A stretch of DNA of 64,000 nucleotides from an uncultured Gammaproteobacteria bacterium (GTDB lineage: Bacteria > Patescibacteriota > Patescibacteriia > 2-01-FULL-39-33). A model generated the notes under the pieces. It saw only the letters and a list, made by a program, of their open reading frames with translations, did no database searches and was not told the origin of the DNA. The first letter of the stretch is position 1, and every line of letters begins with the position of its first letter. The position numbers and the translations under genes were made by a program. Shown piece after piece: positions 30,275 to 40,828 of this stretch. Location of the stretch: positions 16,356 to 80,355 of the forward strand of contig CAZLFP010000002.1 in assembly GCA_964558935.1 (NCBI GenBank). Reading direction: 5' to 3'.

Positions 30275-33200
30275 ATGGCTACTAAGCAAAAGTCAGAAAC
30301 CCCTGCTGCACAAGAACAGTTGTCAGCTCAAGAGGGAGGCGATTTATCTCAGATGAGATCAAGCACTCTTGGCATGTTGCAAGAAACGATAGCTGAAGCA
30401 GATCCCACCCATCAACATTTTGAGGATTTTACTGAAACTGATCTAGCTGGATTAGATGAGGATCAGTTAAGTGAGTTACAAGTATACTTTGAGGTGTTAC
30501 AAGATAAATTCAGCTCGGAAAACATAGATGAGCAACAGACTGAGTATATTGAACAGATTGTGGCGGCTCTGGCACAATTCTTACCTGAAAAACTGGTGCG
30601 AGAAAAGTGTCTGGATTATCGGGAAGTGGAAGAACCATCGGGTGAGGTTGAGTCTTCATCTGTGACAACTGCAGAACAACGGGAGCAAAAGACTCAACAG
30701 GCAGTTGAGTATTTTAAGTATTTATTTGATCAGGCGGTGCGAGATCATGACCTGACTACCGTTGAAGCCATTAAAGATTTCAATGCCGGTGATGGTACAC
30801 AGGAGGTGGGCGTGGATCTGATTTACAAACGAGTGTATGAAGAATACAAGCGAGCGGAGATGGATGACCAGAGTTTTGATGAACAAACCGAAACATATTT
30901 AATTAATCATATGAGAAGACTAATTGACCGCAGACCAGATCGTCAGCCAACAAAGCCAGAAACCGTAGAAGACAAAACACAAGAGCTGACTGATGCCCTG
31001 ATCACAGAATTTGAGCGTGAGGTCGAGCAATATAATTTGATGGAATATTCCAATCTGAAACAGTACATACAAAATAGAGAAGTTGCTTCTTTGACCAAGA
31101 GAATCTTAGAACAGCATGCTGATTGGCAGTTTAATAAAAACCAAGCTATAGATGATTTCCAAGAATATGTTGCAAGGTTTGTCAGCGAAATTAAAGATGG
31201 TCGTGAACAGGTAACAACAGCTGAAAATTCAGCTGAACAAGAGCAGAATGAAGTTGCAGAAGCAGTCGCTTACTTTCAAGAATTATTGGACTATTATGTA
31301 GAAAACAAAGTTTCCAACAAAATAGAATTTAATAGTTCAGTTATGCTTGGCTTAAGAGACAAGCTTAAAGATGATGTTTTGCATCGGTATGATTTAAAAG
31401 GTCAGGCTTTGGATGATTTTGATCAGCAAGTGCAAGCATATTACAAACAAGTTTTTGAGGCTTTACCTGATGAAGAAACAGATTCAGGATCTACTAAAGT
31501 TAATCCATTTAGAGATAAATTGAAAAGAATAAAAGAGCAAGAACAAAAACCACCGGCGGCAACTCCTGAACAAACACCACCGGCGGCAACTCCTGAAGCT
31601 CCAGATGAAACAAGTGTGAGTCCTCAAGAACAGCAGCCTCAAGAGCCAGAACCAGTTAAGGTTAAAGTTACAGATCGTAGAGCTGGTAATGTAGAAAGGC
31701 AAACAATAGTAAAGGAAGCTAACCAGCGTGAAATAAAAGAAACACAACCTGAAGAGCAAGATGATTTTTATCCTGCGGAAGCTGAAGCTCACGGTTGGGA
31801 ACCAGATGGTGAGCAACCCAAATCAATTACTCCAGAAGAAAGCGCTAAACCAATTGCCCCAGAAGTAAGCGCTGAGTTAGAAGTCAACCTAGAACAAGCC
31901 AGAATCGCCTATTACCAAGCTAGAATGCAAAACAAAAAACCGGCAGACTTAGAGCCTTTAAGACAAGCCTACGAAGCAGCTTTAAGAGTTAAGATTGAAG
32001 CTCAAGTGGATCGTGGCAATACAGAGTCAGCAATTGCAAATCAAATGTTGGAGGCATATCAACAGGAAGAAAAACAGATTGAAGAGCTATATGGAGAGCA
32101 TACCGGATCTTGGTGGGAAAAGAAACTGGCTTGGATTAATAAGCAGGCTGGTAAACGTATGGCTGTAGGTTTAAGCATGTTGGGTGCAAATACAGCTTTA
32201 TGGGGAGTAACTAAATTGGCGCCTGAGCTGTTATCTGCCGTACCGGTAGTTGGTACAGTAACAACTATTACTCGTATTCCTTTAAGCTTTTTAGGTGGAG
32301 TGGCATTAGCTGAAGGTTTAATGGCTAGATCATATGAAAGAGGTATAACCACAGATGTTTACAATAAGTTAAAGAAAAAACATTCCAAAGGCATTTTGTG
32401 GTGGCGGAAAACAGATCATGATGCGATAAAACAAGAAATTCCTGATGCTATCGGGAACATTGAGTTACCTGAATTGCAGAAGGAACTGTCTAAATTAAGA
32501 GTGATTGCCGAGCGCAAAGGCGGTAGACGGCAAGAGGTGTTTGGAGCGGGCTATTCGGATGTCGCTGAAGCTATCTACCAGAAAGCTATTGTGGAAATGG
32601 CAGCTCGTTTTACCAGGATGGAACAAGAGCAGCGCGATGATTCTCAAGAGGATGAACAGGTTAAGGCTCAGTTGCTAAACAGCATGTTAGACGACTACCT
32701 GGGTGATGTACATCTGGCAGAAGAAGCCGAGGGTCGCAAAGATAAAGCGGTTGCAAAAAGACGTATGGCCATCTCCCTAGCGGCTGGTACAGCTTTAGCC
32801 GCCTTTCCGGCTAATCGTTTAATTACCGGTTGGGGCGGAGCAGAAATCGCTGACGCCAGCGGTGTGGATTCTGAATTAATGGCTTATAATACTCCACCGG
32901 CAGTTGACACTCCGTCCGAATTAGACATGGCCCCAGATCAGACAGGTGTGGAAGCTTCTGTCGGGCCCAGAGATCTTGTATTACCAGCTGAACCGGATTT
33001 AACACTGGCTCAAGAGTTTGGTCAATCCCATGCTTTACTTGAAGCAACCGGAGCAGAAATTCAGGTTGAAGCGGGTGGCCCTATCCAAGTTACTTACGAG
33101 ATTGGAGCCGGCAAAGACTTTGCGCACTTAGACCAAGCCTTAAGAAGATTGGTCGTTCAAGAGTTCAATGTCGGACAGGATAATACTTTCAGTGCTCTTG

Positions 33201-34687
33201 AAGCCGGACAGGCTGAAAACGTTTTAGCTAATTTAAGAACTTTGTTGGAAGGTAATCCGGTAGCCGGTTTTAAACCCGAAGATATTAAGGGGGTGGTGAG
33301 TTATGCGGACGGTAAGCTGGTGGTACAGGATTACGAGCAATTTGAAGGCTTGTATGGTAAGTTGTTAGGCCATGCGCAAGAAATCATCACTGAAGAGTCA
33401 GGAGCTTTGGATCATATAAATGCTACCTCAGTTAAAAACTGGGAAAAGATGTTTGCTCTCAAAGATTCGGTCAACACTGCTGATGTAGATTTTAATAGCT
33501 TTGTGTCTGACGCTGGCCCAACCCAGCCCGGCATGTCCATGCCTCAGCCAGTAGATGGTGCTGCGCCTGAGCCAACTCCCTTGGCGATGAGTGAAGCAGC
33601 TGCTGTGCCAGAAGTAGGAGTCGAGGTGGAAATACCGACAGCTGAAACACCATCACCGGTAGAGGTTCAAATTGAACCAGACAGCATGTCTGAAACCGTG
33701 CCGGTTGAAACAAGTGGTTCACTTGACAGTTTGTATGCACCATCTGCGGAAGTACCTGCTGAATCAGTCGGGGAGGCTGCAGTTCTATCTGCAGAAAACA
33801 TGGATCACATAACTAGCGAGATGTTGGCTGACATGCAGACACCACAGAACGATATAACCCAGATGTTTCTAAACAATGAACTTGAGAAATTAAATGCCCA
33901 GGTTCAGGGTAAACTTCATGTTTTTAAAGAAATAACGGATGGTAAGCTTGCGATTACTTTAAGTATAGGAAATGAGCCGGTTGAAATGATAATCGATGGC
34001 TCATCTGTCGCTGATCTAAATGATCAATTTTCACCTGAGTTACAAAGTCAAGTTGCAACCATTGTTAAGAATATAGTTGAAGTTAAAGAAACCGCTGGAT
34101 TTGACAACGGAGAAGAAGCGTTGAAATTCATGAATTTGATTAGTGCCGTACAAGACACAGATGAAAGTCAGATGGCAGTTTTTTACCAAGGCGTAAAGTG
34201 TGAGCCAGTGGGTATATTAGCCAAGGAATATGTAGGTAGTTGGCTTCAAACAGCTAAGCAGCAAGAGATATTTGAACATTTGTTAGCTACATCTAAAGAA
34301 AATATTGATTACCAACAAATTGCCAATATTATCAAAGTCACAGGTAAAAGTGTTCTACCAGGCGGAGGAGAAGTCTTTTTGATGGAGAGTATAGTAGAGG
34401 GTACTACAGAGTCGTTAGAACCAATTTTGGGAGATTTAGTACATAGCGACACTACCGTACCGGTTGTTGACAATTTGCGTAACGTAACGATTGAAAATCT
34501 GGGTCCGCATAATTTAAAGCTGACTCTAGAGTATGGAATGCGAAGGCCACAAGCGATTATCGAATATATTCAAGGAGATAGATTGGTTAGAGAGCAATTT
34601 GATGTTTCCGGAACGTTTGGTAACAGTTTTGATAATGCTTTAGAATACATGCGAAATTTCGATCCCAAGGTAAGACTTGAATTGTAA
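30275..34687 (+). CDS. Very large acidic membrane-associated protein
   Basis: 1470 aa, E/Q/D-rich, central hydrophobic segments, Pro-rich linkers. Confidence 0.8.
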   Translation: MATKQKSETPAAQEQLSAQEGGDLSQMRSSTLGMLQETIAEADPTHQHFEDFTETDLAGLDEDQLSELQVYFEVLQDKFSSENIDEQQTEYIEQIVAALAQFLPEKLVREKCLDYREVEEPSGEVESSSVTTAEQREQKTQQAVEYFKYLFDQAVRDHDLTTVEAIKDFNAGDGTQEVGVDLIYKRVYEEYKRAEMDDQSFDEQTETYLINHMRRLIDRRPDRQPTKPETVEDKTQELTDALITEFEREVEQYNLMEYSNLKQYIQNREVASLTKRILEQHADWQFNKNQAIDDFQEYVARFVSEIKDGREQVTTAENSAEQEQNEVAEAVAYFQELLDYYVENKVSNKIEFNSSVMLGLRDKLKDDVLHRYDLKGQALDDFDQQVQAYYKQVFEALPDEETDSGSTKVNPFRDKLKRIKEQEQKPPAATPEQTPPAATPEAPDETSVSPQEQQPQEPEPVKVKVTDRRAGNVERQTIVKEANQREIKETQPEEQDDFYPAEAEAHGWEPDGEQPKSITPEESAKPIAPEVSAELEVNLEQARIAYYQARMQNKKPADLEPLRQAYEAALRVKIEAQVDRGNTESAIANQMLEAYQQEEKQIEELYGEHTGSWWEKKLAWINKQAGKRMAVGLSMLGANTALWGVTKLAPELLSAVPVVGTVTTITRIPLSFLGGVALAEGLMARSYERGITTDVYNKLKKKHSKGILWWRKTDHDAIKQEIPDAIGNIELPELQKELSKLRVIAERKGGRRQEVFGAGYSDVAEAIYQKAIVEMAARFTRMEQEQRDDSQEDEQVKAQLLNSMLDDYLGDVHLAEEAEGRKDKAVAKRRMAISLAAGTALAAFPANRLITGWGGAEIADASGVDSELMAYNTPPAVDTPSELDMAPDQTGVEASVGPRDLVLPAEPDLTLAQEFGQSHALLEATGAEIQVEAGGPIQVTYEIGAGKDFAHLDQALRRLVVQEFNVGQDNTFSALEAGQAENVLANLRTLLEGNPVAGFKPEDIKGVVSYADGKLVVQDYEQFEGLYGKLLGHAQEIITEESGALDHINATSVKNWEKMFALKDSVNTADVDFNSFVSDAGPTQPGMSMPQPVDGAAPEPTPLAMSEAAAVPEVGVEVEIPTAETPSPVEVQIEPDSMSETVPVETSGSLDSLYAPSAEVPAESVGEAAVLSAENMDHITSEMLADMQTPQNDITQMFLNNELEKLNAQVQGKLHVFKEITDGKLAITLSIGNEPVEMIIDGSSVADLNDQFSPELQSQVATIVKNIVEVKETAGFDNGEEALKFMNLISAVQDTDESQMAVFYQGVKCEPVGILAKEYVGSWLQTAKQQEIFEHLLATSKENIDYQQIANIIKVTGKSVLPGGGEVFLMESIVEGTTESLEPILGDLVHSDTTVPVVDNLRNVTIENLGPHNLKLTLEYGMRRPQAIIEYIQGDRLVREQFDVSGTFGNSFDNALEYMRNFDPKVRLEL
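31549..31597 (+). repeat. 22-bp direct repeat, period 27 (PPAATPE x2)
   Basis: ACCACCGGCGGCAACTCCTGAA at 31549 and 31576. Confidence 0.85.
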
Positions 34688-34717
34688 ATAGTGTTTAATT
34701 TAACCTAACTCAAACAT

Positions 34718-35038
34718 ATGAAATTAAAATTCCTAGCTGCCGATATCTTTGATCTGATGGGTATGAGTAATTTACCGGATGATCAAAAGATTGCCATGTT
34801 AACCAAAATGAATGCCATTGTCGGGCAAAGAATCATGTTCCGAGTCATGGATCAATTGTCTGAAGCAGACAATGAAGCTTTGGACAAATTAATTCAAGCA
34901 GAGGCCGGTCAAGATGAGATCAATAATTTCCTCAAAGGCAAAGTAGATCTGGAGATGATCATTACCGAGGAAATCACCCAGTTTAAACAGCAGCTCAGCC
35001 AAGACTTCAACGCTATTATCCAATCTGCCAAGCAGTAA
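34718..35038 (+). CDS. DUF5663-like small helical protein
   Basis: DIFDLMGMSNLP...LSEAD...D.L pattern typical of CPR. Confidence 0.65.
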   Translation: MKLKFLAADIFDLMGMSNLPDDQKIAMLTKMNAIVGQRIMFRVMDQLSEADNEALDKLIQAEAGQDEINNFLKGKVDLEMIITEEITQFKQQLSQDFNAIIQSAKQ

Positions 35039-35048
35039 GATGAATCAA

Positions 35049-35075
35049 AAAACCACTCCGGCCAGGAGTGGTTTT
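35049..35075. terminator. Bidirectional terminator
   Basis: AAAACCACTCC/GGAGTGGTTTT between convergent genes. Confidence 0.75.
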
Positions 35076-35086
35076 GTAGTTGATGG

Positions 35087-35431
35087 TTATTTCAGTTTCT
35101 CAACAATTTGAGCAAAGACCTGAGGTTCTTTTTCTGCCAGTTGAGACAAGACTTTTCTGTCCAGCTCCACCTGGTTTTTCTTAAGTTTGTCTATGAATTG
35201 AGAATAACTCAAGCCGTGTTGTCTGACAGCAGCGTTTAATTTTGTCTGCCATAATCTTCTGTTGACTCTTTTTTTGGCTCTTCTGTCTCTTAAGGCATAA
35301 GCTCCGGCTTTGGTGGTGGCAGTCTTAGCCAACTTGATCAAATTCTTTCTGCCCCACTTGTAGCCCTTGGCCTGCTTTAAAATATTTTTTCTAGTTTTTG
35401 AATGGATTACGCCACGTTTAACTCTCGGCAT
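35087..35431 (-). CDS. rplT: 50S ribosomal protein L20
   Basis: MPRVKRG, AKGY, LDRKVLS. Confidence 0.98.
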   Translation of the reverse strand: MPRVKRGVIHSKTRKNILKQAKGYKWGRKNLIKLAKTATTKAGAYALRDRRAKKRVNRRLWQTKLNAAVRQHGLSYSQFIDKLKKNQVELDRKVLSQLAEKEPQVFAQIVEKLK

Positions 35432-35436
35432 ATGTT

Positions 35437-35637
35437 TTAATTATACGGTATCATTTTCTTAATATTCTTCACATCAGCTTTAGCGATCTGTGAATCCCGT
35501 CTTTTGTTTCTTTTGGTGTTGCCGGATTCACGAGCATTAAAATGATCTTGGCCACCGGTTCTTTTAAGAATTTTTTTCTTTTTAGTGACCTTAAATCTCT
35601 TAGCAACCGCTTGTCTGGTTTTTAATTTTTTAGGCAT
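35437..35637 (-). CDS. rpmI: 50S ribosomal protein L35
   Basis: KLKT...AKRFKVT; synteny. Confidence 0.95.
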   Translation of the reverse strand: MPKKLKTRQAVAKRFKVTKKKKILKRTGGQDHFNARESGNTKRNKRRDSQIAKADVKNIKKMIPYN

Positions 35638-35645
35638 ATGATTAG

Positions 35646-36209
35646 TTACAGACTGATAACAGCAGACAATTTGTTACCTTGTTTTTTAACTGTCTGTTCT
35701 GTTTTAAGTTCTTTATCTTCAATTAAATTATTAATCTCTGAGATAAACCGGATAATTTGTTCTTCAGCCAGATCCGCATGCTGATTTTCTCTGCCTCTGA
35801 GTTGCATTTCAATCTTAACCTTGTGACCTTCTTGCAGAAATTTAAGAGCTTGTTTGCCTCTGAATTCTTGGTCATGCTGGGAAATTCTGGCAGATAGCTT
35901 AACCGTTTTGGTTTCGGTGGTTTTTTGTTTGGCTTTCTGTTTTCTTTCTTGTTTGTCTCGCTGGTATTTGAAACTGCCGTAGTCCATAATCTTACAAATT
36001 GGCGGCTGGCTTTTGGGTGAAACTTCGACTAAGTCCAAGTCTCTCTCACGAGCCAAAGCCAAAGCTTGGCGGACATTGACCACTCCCAGGCTTTCTCCTT
36101 GGTCATCGATTAACATGACTTGTTGAGCCAAGATTTTCTCGTTGGCTCTAAATTCTTTGTGGCTTTTGGATTGTTGTTGTTTTTTACGACCGCGAAAAGA
36201 TCTGCGCAT
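35646..36209 (-). CDS. infC: Translation initiation factor IF-3
   Basis: NEKI, LDLVEV, PPICKIMDYG; start moved to ATG 36209 because the longer ORF overlaps tmRNA. Confidence 0.95.
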   Translation of the reverse strand: MRRSFRGRKKQQQSKSHKEFRANEKILAQQVMLIDDQGESLGVVNVRQALALARERDLDLVEVSPKSQPPICKIMDYGSFKYQRDKQERKQKAKQKTTETKTVKLSARISQHDQEFRGKQALKFLQEGHKVKIEMQLRGRENQHADLAEEQIIRFISEINNLIEDKELKTEQTVKKQGNKLSAVISL

Positions 36210-36227
36210 TAGCTGAATTATTAATCG

Positions 36228-36614
36228 GGTGGAGATGAGGAGTAATGAACTCCTGTCTGGCAATAAGCGAAGTAAATCAGTTGACAAGTTTTTGCTCTTT
36301 GAATGTTTTAAGCTACAACCTAACTAAAGAGCGAGATAGTCATAGCCGAAGTCTGTAAGTTTAAATAACTTACCCAGACTAAGCAAGTTACCGAGCCTAA
36401 GAATATGACACCGCTACCAACCATATAGGCCTAAGCTGGGCGATGGCTGTCAGCTTATTTAAGCAACAGCTGGTGCCAAAGCTAAACCGCTAAAAGCAGT
36501 TTTGACTCTAGCTAATAAGTTTTTTGCACTTATCTGGTGATGGTTTTTGACCTGGTTGCCAACAAACCGGACTTGCTGATTTACCTGTTATTCCCATCGA
36601 ATCATAACATCCCC
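36228..36614 (-). ncRNA. ssrA: tmRNA
   Basis: 5' GGGGATG..GATTCGA, 3' T-arm and CATCTCCACC; tag frame 36527-36459 AKNLLARVKTAFSGLALAPAVA*; next to smpB. Confidence 0.92.
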
Positions 36615-36624
36615 AAGATAGGAA

Positions 36625-37077
36625 TCAGGATCTTTTTAAAGATCGGTTAATTTCACGCTCAGCCTCTCTTTTCTTGATAGTCTGGCGCTTATCTAGCTTG
36701 GTTTTACCTTTGGCTAGACCAATATCTAATTTAATTAATCCTTTCTTAGTATATACGGAAATTGGTATAATTGTCAAGCCCTTTTGGCTTAATTTACCAA
36801 TTAAAGATTTAATTTCCTTTTTTTTAAGTAAAAGTTTGCGCGGTTTTTCCGGTAGATAGTTTTTTTGCTGGCTTTGAGCCGGTTTGTAAGCAGAAATATG
36901 GCTATTTTTCAGCCAGACCTCACCTTGGCCGTCAATGGTTACATAACTGCCTTTTAAGCTAATTTGACCGTTTTTTACCGCTTTGACTTCCGGCCCGGTC
37001 AAAGCAATGCCGGCTTGGTAGGTCTGGATCAGTTCATAATTGAACAAACCCTGTTTGTTGGTTTGAATTATACCCAT
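36625..37077 (-). CDS. smpB: SsrA-binding protein
   Basis: AGIALTGPEVK, RKLLL, AKGK..LDKR. Confidence 0.96.
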   Translation of the reverse strand: MGIIQTNKQGLFNYELIQTYQAGIALTGPEVKAVKNGQISLKGSYVTIDGQGEVWLKNSHISAYKPAQSQQKNYLPEKPRKLLLKKKEIKSLIGKLSQKGLTIIPISVYTKKGLIKLDIGLAKGKTKLDKRQTIKKREAEREINRSLKRS

Positions 37078-37156
37078 AGATAGAATTGACACTTAGACTA
37101 ATGGTTAGTATAATTTTAGTAAAGATAACTCATTTAGGCAATATTTTATTTGCTCC

Positions 37157-38200
37157 ATGCCTGCCTCACAAGATAAAATTACGATTGAAATCTCTTCTTT
37201 GACCATGATTAAGGTGTTAATCATCATTTTGTTGGTCTTCTTTTTGTTTTTCATTCGTCAAATAATCTTATTGGTTTTTGTCTCATTAATACTAGCTTCG
37301 GCTTTTGATCCCTGGGTGGATTACATGCAAAAGCATAAGATGCCCAGAGTAGTTGGTGTCTTAATCATTTATGCGATTGTGTTTTTAGTTCTGGGTTTTG
37401 CCACTTATTCCATTATCCCTCCGATTGCCATTGAAGTCAGTCAGTTGGCCAATGACTTCCCGGTTTATTGGGAGAACATCAATAGCAGTTTGCAAAATTT
37501 TCGTGCCTTCAGTACTGACCATGGCCTAAATGATAATATCAGCGGATCATTGAAAGCCGTGCAAGATGCTTTAAGCGGTGGCGTATTCAGTACCATCTGG
37601 TCATTCTTTGGTGGAGTTGTGTCGTTCTTTATTATTATGATGATTACTTTTTACATGACGGTGGATGAACAAGCTCTGAAAAGAATGTTAAGATCCACCA
37701 TTCCGGTTAAATACCAGCCTTACTTCACTTACATTGTCAATCGCATGCAAGAGAAGATTGGATTGTGGCTCAGAGGCCAGCTCCTGCTTTCTTTCATTAT
37801 CTTTATTCTAACTTTGATTGTTTTAACCATTGCCGGCGTTAAATACGCTTTAGTCCTGGCTCTGTTTGCCGGCATTACGGAGATCATTCCTTATATCGGA
37901 CCTTTTATTGGGTTGGTGCCGGCTGTTTTCATTGCTTTTACCCAGTCCCCCATGTTGGCCTTAATTATTTTAATTGCTTATCTGATTATTCAACAGTTAG
38001 AAAATAATTTTATCGTGCCTCAGGTAATGAAAAAAGCGGTTGGCTTGAATCCAATCGTGACTATTGTGGTCATGTTGGTTGGTTTCCAGATTGCCGGAGT
38101 ATTGGGTGTGTTATTGGCGATTCCAGTCACCACAGCCGCTGGAGTTTTATTTGAAGATATCTTTTTTTCCAAAGATAAAGAAATTAAAAAAACCACTTAG
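37157..38200 (+). CDS. AI-2E family transporter
   Basis: WLRGQ, IPYIGP, QQLENNFIVP, GLNP motifs. Confidence 0.9.
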   Translation: MPASQDKITIEISSLTMIKVLIIILLVFFLFFIRQIILLVFVSLILASAFDPWVDYMQKHKMPRVVGVLIIYAIVFLVLGFATYSIIPPIAIEVSQLANDFPVYWENINSSLQNFRAFSTDHGLNDNISGSLKAVQDALSGGVFSTIWSFFGGVVSFFIIMMITFYMTVDEQALKRMLRSTIPVKYQPYFTYIVNRMQEKIGLWLRGQLLLSFIIFILTLIVLTIAGVKYALVLALFAGITEIIPYIGPFIGLVPAVFIAFTQSPMLALIILIAYLIIQQLENNFIVPQVMKKAVGLNPIVTIVVMLVGFQIAGVLGVLLAIPVTTAAGVLFEDIFFSKDKEIKKTT

Positions 38201-38249
38201 TTTATAAATAATGTCTGATGGTTAAACTGTTAGACAAGGAGAAAAATAA

Positions 38250-38822
38250 ATGCCAAGACGAACTAATCGGGACGTCTCCGAAATGGTAGACGACCAAGAT
38301 CAAGACTTTGCCAGTGAAGTTGAGCAAGACTTTGAAGCACAAGTCGAAGCTCACTCACCCAGGAAGGGCGGCAACTTGATGAAAATCATTATCACCATCA
38401 TCGTGATCGTTGTTGTGGTTATTGGTGGCTGGTATGTTTTAAGCCTGTTTACTGACATTAGTTTTCCTGGACAGGGCGGTAGCGTTCAGGGCGTGTCAGA
38501 TGACTGGCAGGCGGTTTTCTTAGACAATGGCCAGGTGTATTTTGGTCAGATTAAATCTGTTAGTGACCGAGAATTGGTCTTAACCAACATTTACTATTTG
38601 CAGGTGATTAACAAGCCGTTGCAAATGACAGCAGATGGTACAGAAGACGCCACTCAACAGACTCAACAGGAATTAACGCTGGTTAAGTTGGGCAATGAAT
38701 TACACGGACCAACCGATGAAATGGTTATTAACCGGGATCGGGTTTTGTTAACTGAAAAGTTAAAGGCAGACTCTCCGGTGGTTAAAGGTATTCAAGATTA
38801 CATCAATAAACAGCAAGAATAG
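38250..38822 (+). CDS. Conserved CPR-type membrane-anchored protein
   Basis: TM helix then WQAVFLDNGQVYFG...LVKLGNELHGP. Confidence 0.75.
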   Translation: MPRRTNRDVSEMVDDQDQDFASEVEQDFEAQVEAHSPRKGGNLMKIIITIIVIVVVVIGGWYVLSLFTDISFPGQGGSVQGVSDDWQAVFLDNGQVYFGQIKSVSDRELVLTNIYYLQVINKPLQMTADGTEDATQQTQQELTLVKLGNELHGPTDEMVINRDRVLLTEKLKADSPVVKGIQDYINKQQE

Positions 38823-38899
38823 TGCTTAGTTATTAGTTAAATCCCGTCGCCTCTCAGCGGCGGGATTTTATGATATAATAAGGATATAGATATCTAATT

Positions 38900-39412
38900 A
38901 TGACTCAAAACCATTGGGAGACAGACAATGACTATTTAACGCTTGAGCAGGCAGCTCAGTTACTTAAGTGTCGAGTAGATTTTGTGGAAAGACTGGTTGA
39001 ACAGCACCGACTCAAGGCTTTTAAGATGGGTTATGATTGGCTGACCACCTCAGACTGGTTGCAAGAATACCGCCGGTCGTTGCAAGTTGAATTTGAGCAA
39101 GCCATCAAACACACAGGAGATAATAGCCGGGAGACTTCACCCTATGTTTTGCCGGTTGTTTCTTTTTTTCAGACACCGGCATGGAAATGGTCGGTTATAT
39201 CCATTGGTTTGACTCTGGTATTTTCCATTGTTTTGGGAGTGATCGGTTTGGTGGTGTTGGATTGGGATCTGCCTCAAATCAATGACGAGAGATTAACTTT
39301 AGGTTTTCGGACTTTAATGTCAGATATCTGGCAGCCAAACGGCCAAGTGGCTGGGATAAGTGAGAATGTTTGCTCGCTTGACACCCCTGGTTGTCAAATA
39401 ATGGATTATTAG
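38900..39412 (+). CDS. Excisionase-like HTH protein with TM helix
   Basis: YLTLEQAAQLL...LKAFKMGYDW; C-terminal hydrophobic helix. Confidence 0.65.
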   Translation: MTQNHWETDNDYLTLEQAAQLLKCRVDFVERLVEQHRLKAFKMGYDWLTTSDWLQEYRRSLQVEFEQAIKHTGDNSRETSPYVLPVVSFFQTPAWKWSVISIGLTLVFSIVLGVIGLVVLDWDLPQINDERLTLGFRTLMSDIWQPNGQVAGISENVCSLDTPGCQIMDY

Positions 39413-39451
39413 TTAAAATTACACCACTTAAAAGATTGACCTATACATCAT

Positions 39452-40828
39452 ATGGCTGACAAAAAATCAGATATTATGTCTCAGATTGTGGCTTTGGCCA
39501 AGAGACGTGGCTTTATTTATCCCTGTTGTGAAATCTATGGCGGTTTAGCCAACGCCTACAGCTATGGTCCGTATGGAACAGAGTTAAAAAACAACATTAA
39601 GCAATTGTGGTGGAAGACGTTTGTAAAAGACCGGGCAGATATTGTGGGTTTAGATGGACCGATTTTGCTTCATCCCAAGCTATGGGAAGCTTCAGGCCAC
39701 ACCACCGGCTTCAATGACGCTCTGGTGGATTGTAAGGCATGTCAAAAAAGATTCCGGGCAGATCATTTGGTCGAGCAGGCCACCGGACAGGATTTGGAAG
39801 GCAATCTCAGAGCTTTGTCCGAAGTTTTGGTTAAGGAGCAGGTTGCCTGTCCCAATTGCGGTAATTCCAATTGGACAGAGGTGAGAAATATGAATTTGAT
39901 GTTTGAGACTCAGATGAACGGCATTGACCAACCAATTTTTCTAAGACCAGAAACGGCCGGAGCAATCTTTGTGGATTTCAAAAATGTCGTGGATTCAATG
40001 CGTGTTAAAATTCCATTTGGTATAGCTCAGATCGGCAAGGCTTTTCGCAACGAGATTGTTGCCGGTAACTTTATTTTTCGAGTTAGAGAGTTTGAACAAA
40101 TGGAAATTGAGTATTTTATAGACCCGGAAGAGGAATGGGAAAAATTGTTTGACACCTGGCTGGACCAGCAAGAAGCTTTTACTTTAGCTTTGGGAGCCAG
40201 TCAGACAGATATTCGCAGATACCAGCATCCCCAAGAGAAGCTCTCTCATTATTCCAGAAAAACCGTGGATATTGAATATAATTTTCCCTTTGGTTTTGCT
40301 GAATTGTACGGCTTGGCTCACCGGGGAGATTTTGATCTGTCTGCTCATGCTAAATACGCCAACACGGATTTAAGCTATTTTGACCAAGCTCATGACAGAA
40401 AGTATGTGCCGCATGTCTTGGAACCGACTTTTGGAGTGGACAGGTCTGTTTTGGTGGCCCTGTGTGCCGCCTACACCTCAGAGCAGGTGGAAGAAGGTGA
40501 GCGAGTGGTGATGAAATTTCCGTATGCTCTGGCACCGGTTAAGATTGCGATTTTTCCATTGCTCAAAAACAAGCCAGCATTGGTTGAAAAAGCTCAAGAA
40601 TTGTTCAATGATTTGAAAGATGATTATGTGTGCGAATTCGATGATAACGGCAATATTGGCAAGCGATACCGACGACAGGATGAAATTGGTACCCCGGTGT
40701 GTTTAACTGTCGATTTTGATTCTTTACAAAACGAAGATGTTACTGTCCGGGATCGTGACAGTATGCAGCAGGAGAGAGTTAAATTGGCGGATCTAAAACA
40801 TTATTTAGCTAACAAATTTAATGTATAA
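39452..40828 (+). CDS. glyQS: Glycine--tRNA ligase, dimeric type
   Basis: LRPETA, GKAFRNE, REFEQMEIE, IGKRYRRQDEIG. Confidence 0.97.
   Translation: MADKKSDIMSQIVALAKRRGFIYPCCEIYGGLANAYSYGPYGTELKNNIKQLWWKTFVKDRADIVGLDGPILLHPKLWEASGHTTGFNDALVDCKACQKRFRADHLVEQATGQDLEGNLRALSEVLVKEQVACPNCGNSNWTEVRNMNLMFETQMNGIDQPIFLRPETAGAIFVDFKNVVDSMRVKIPFGIAQIGKAFRNEIVAGNFIFRVREFEQMEIEYFIDPEEEWEKLFDTWLDQQEAFTLALGASQTDIRRYQHPQEKLSHYSRKTVDIEYNFPFGFAELYGLAHRGDFDLSAHAKYANTDLSYFDQAHDRKYVPHVLEPTFGVDRSVLVALCAAYTSEQVEEGERVVMKFPYALAPVKIAIFPLLKNKPALVEKAQELFNDLKDDYVCEFDDNGNIGKRYRRQDEIGTPVCLTVDFDSLQNEDVTVRDRDSMQQERVKLADLKHYLANKFNV

Noticed and set aside
36210-36287. N-terminal extension of IF-3 in the ORF track
   Set aside because: Overlaps the tmRNA 3' domain
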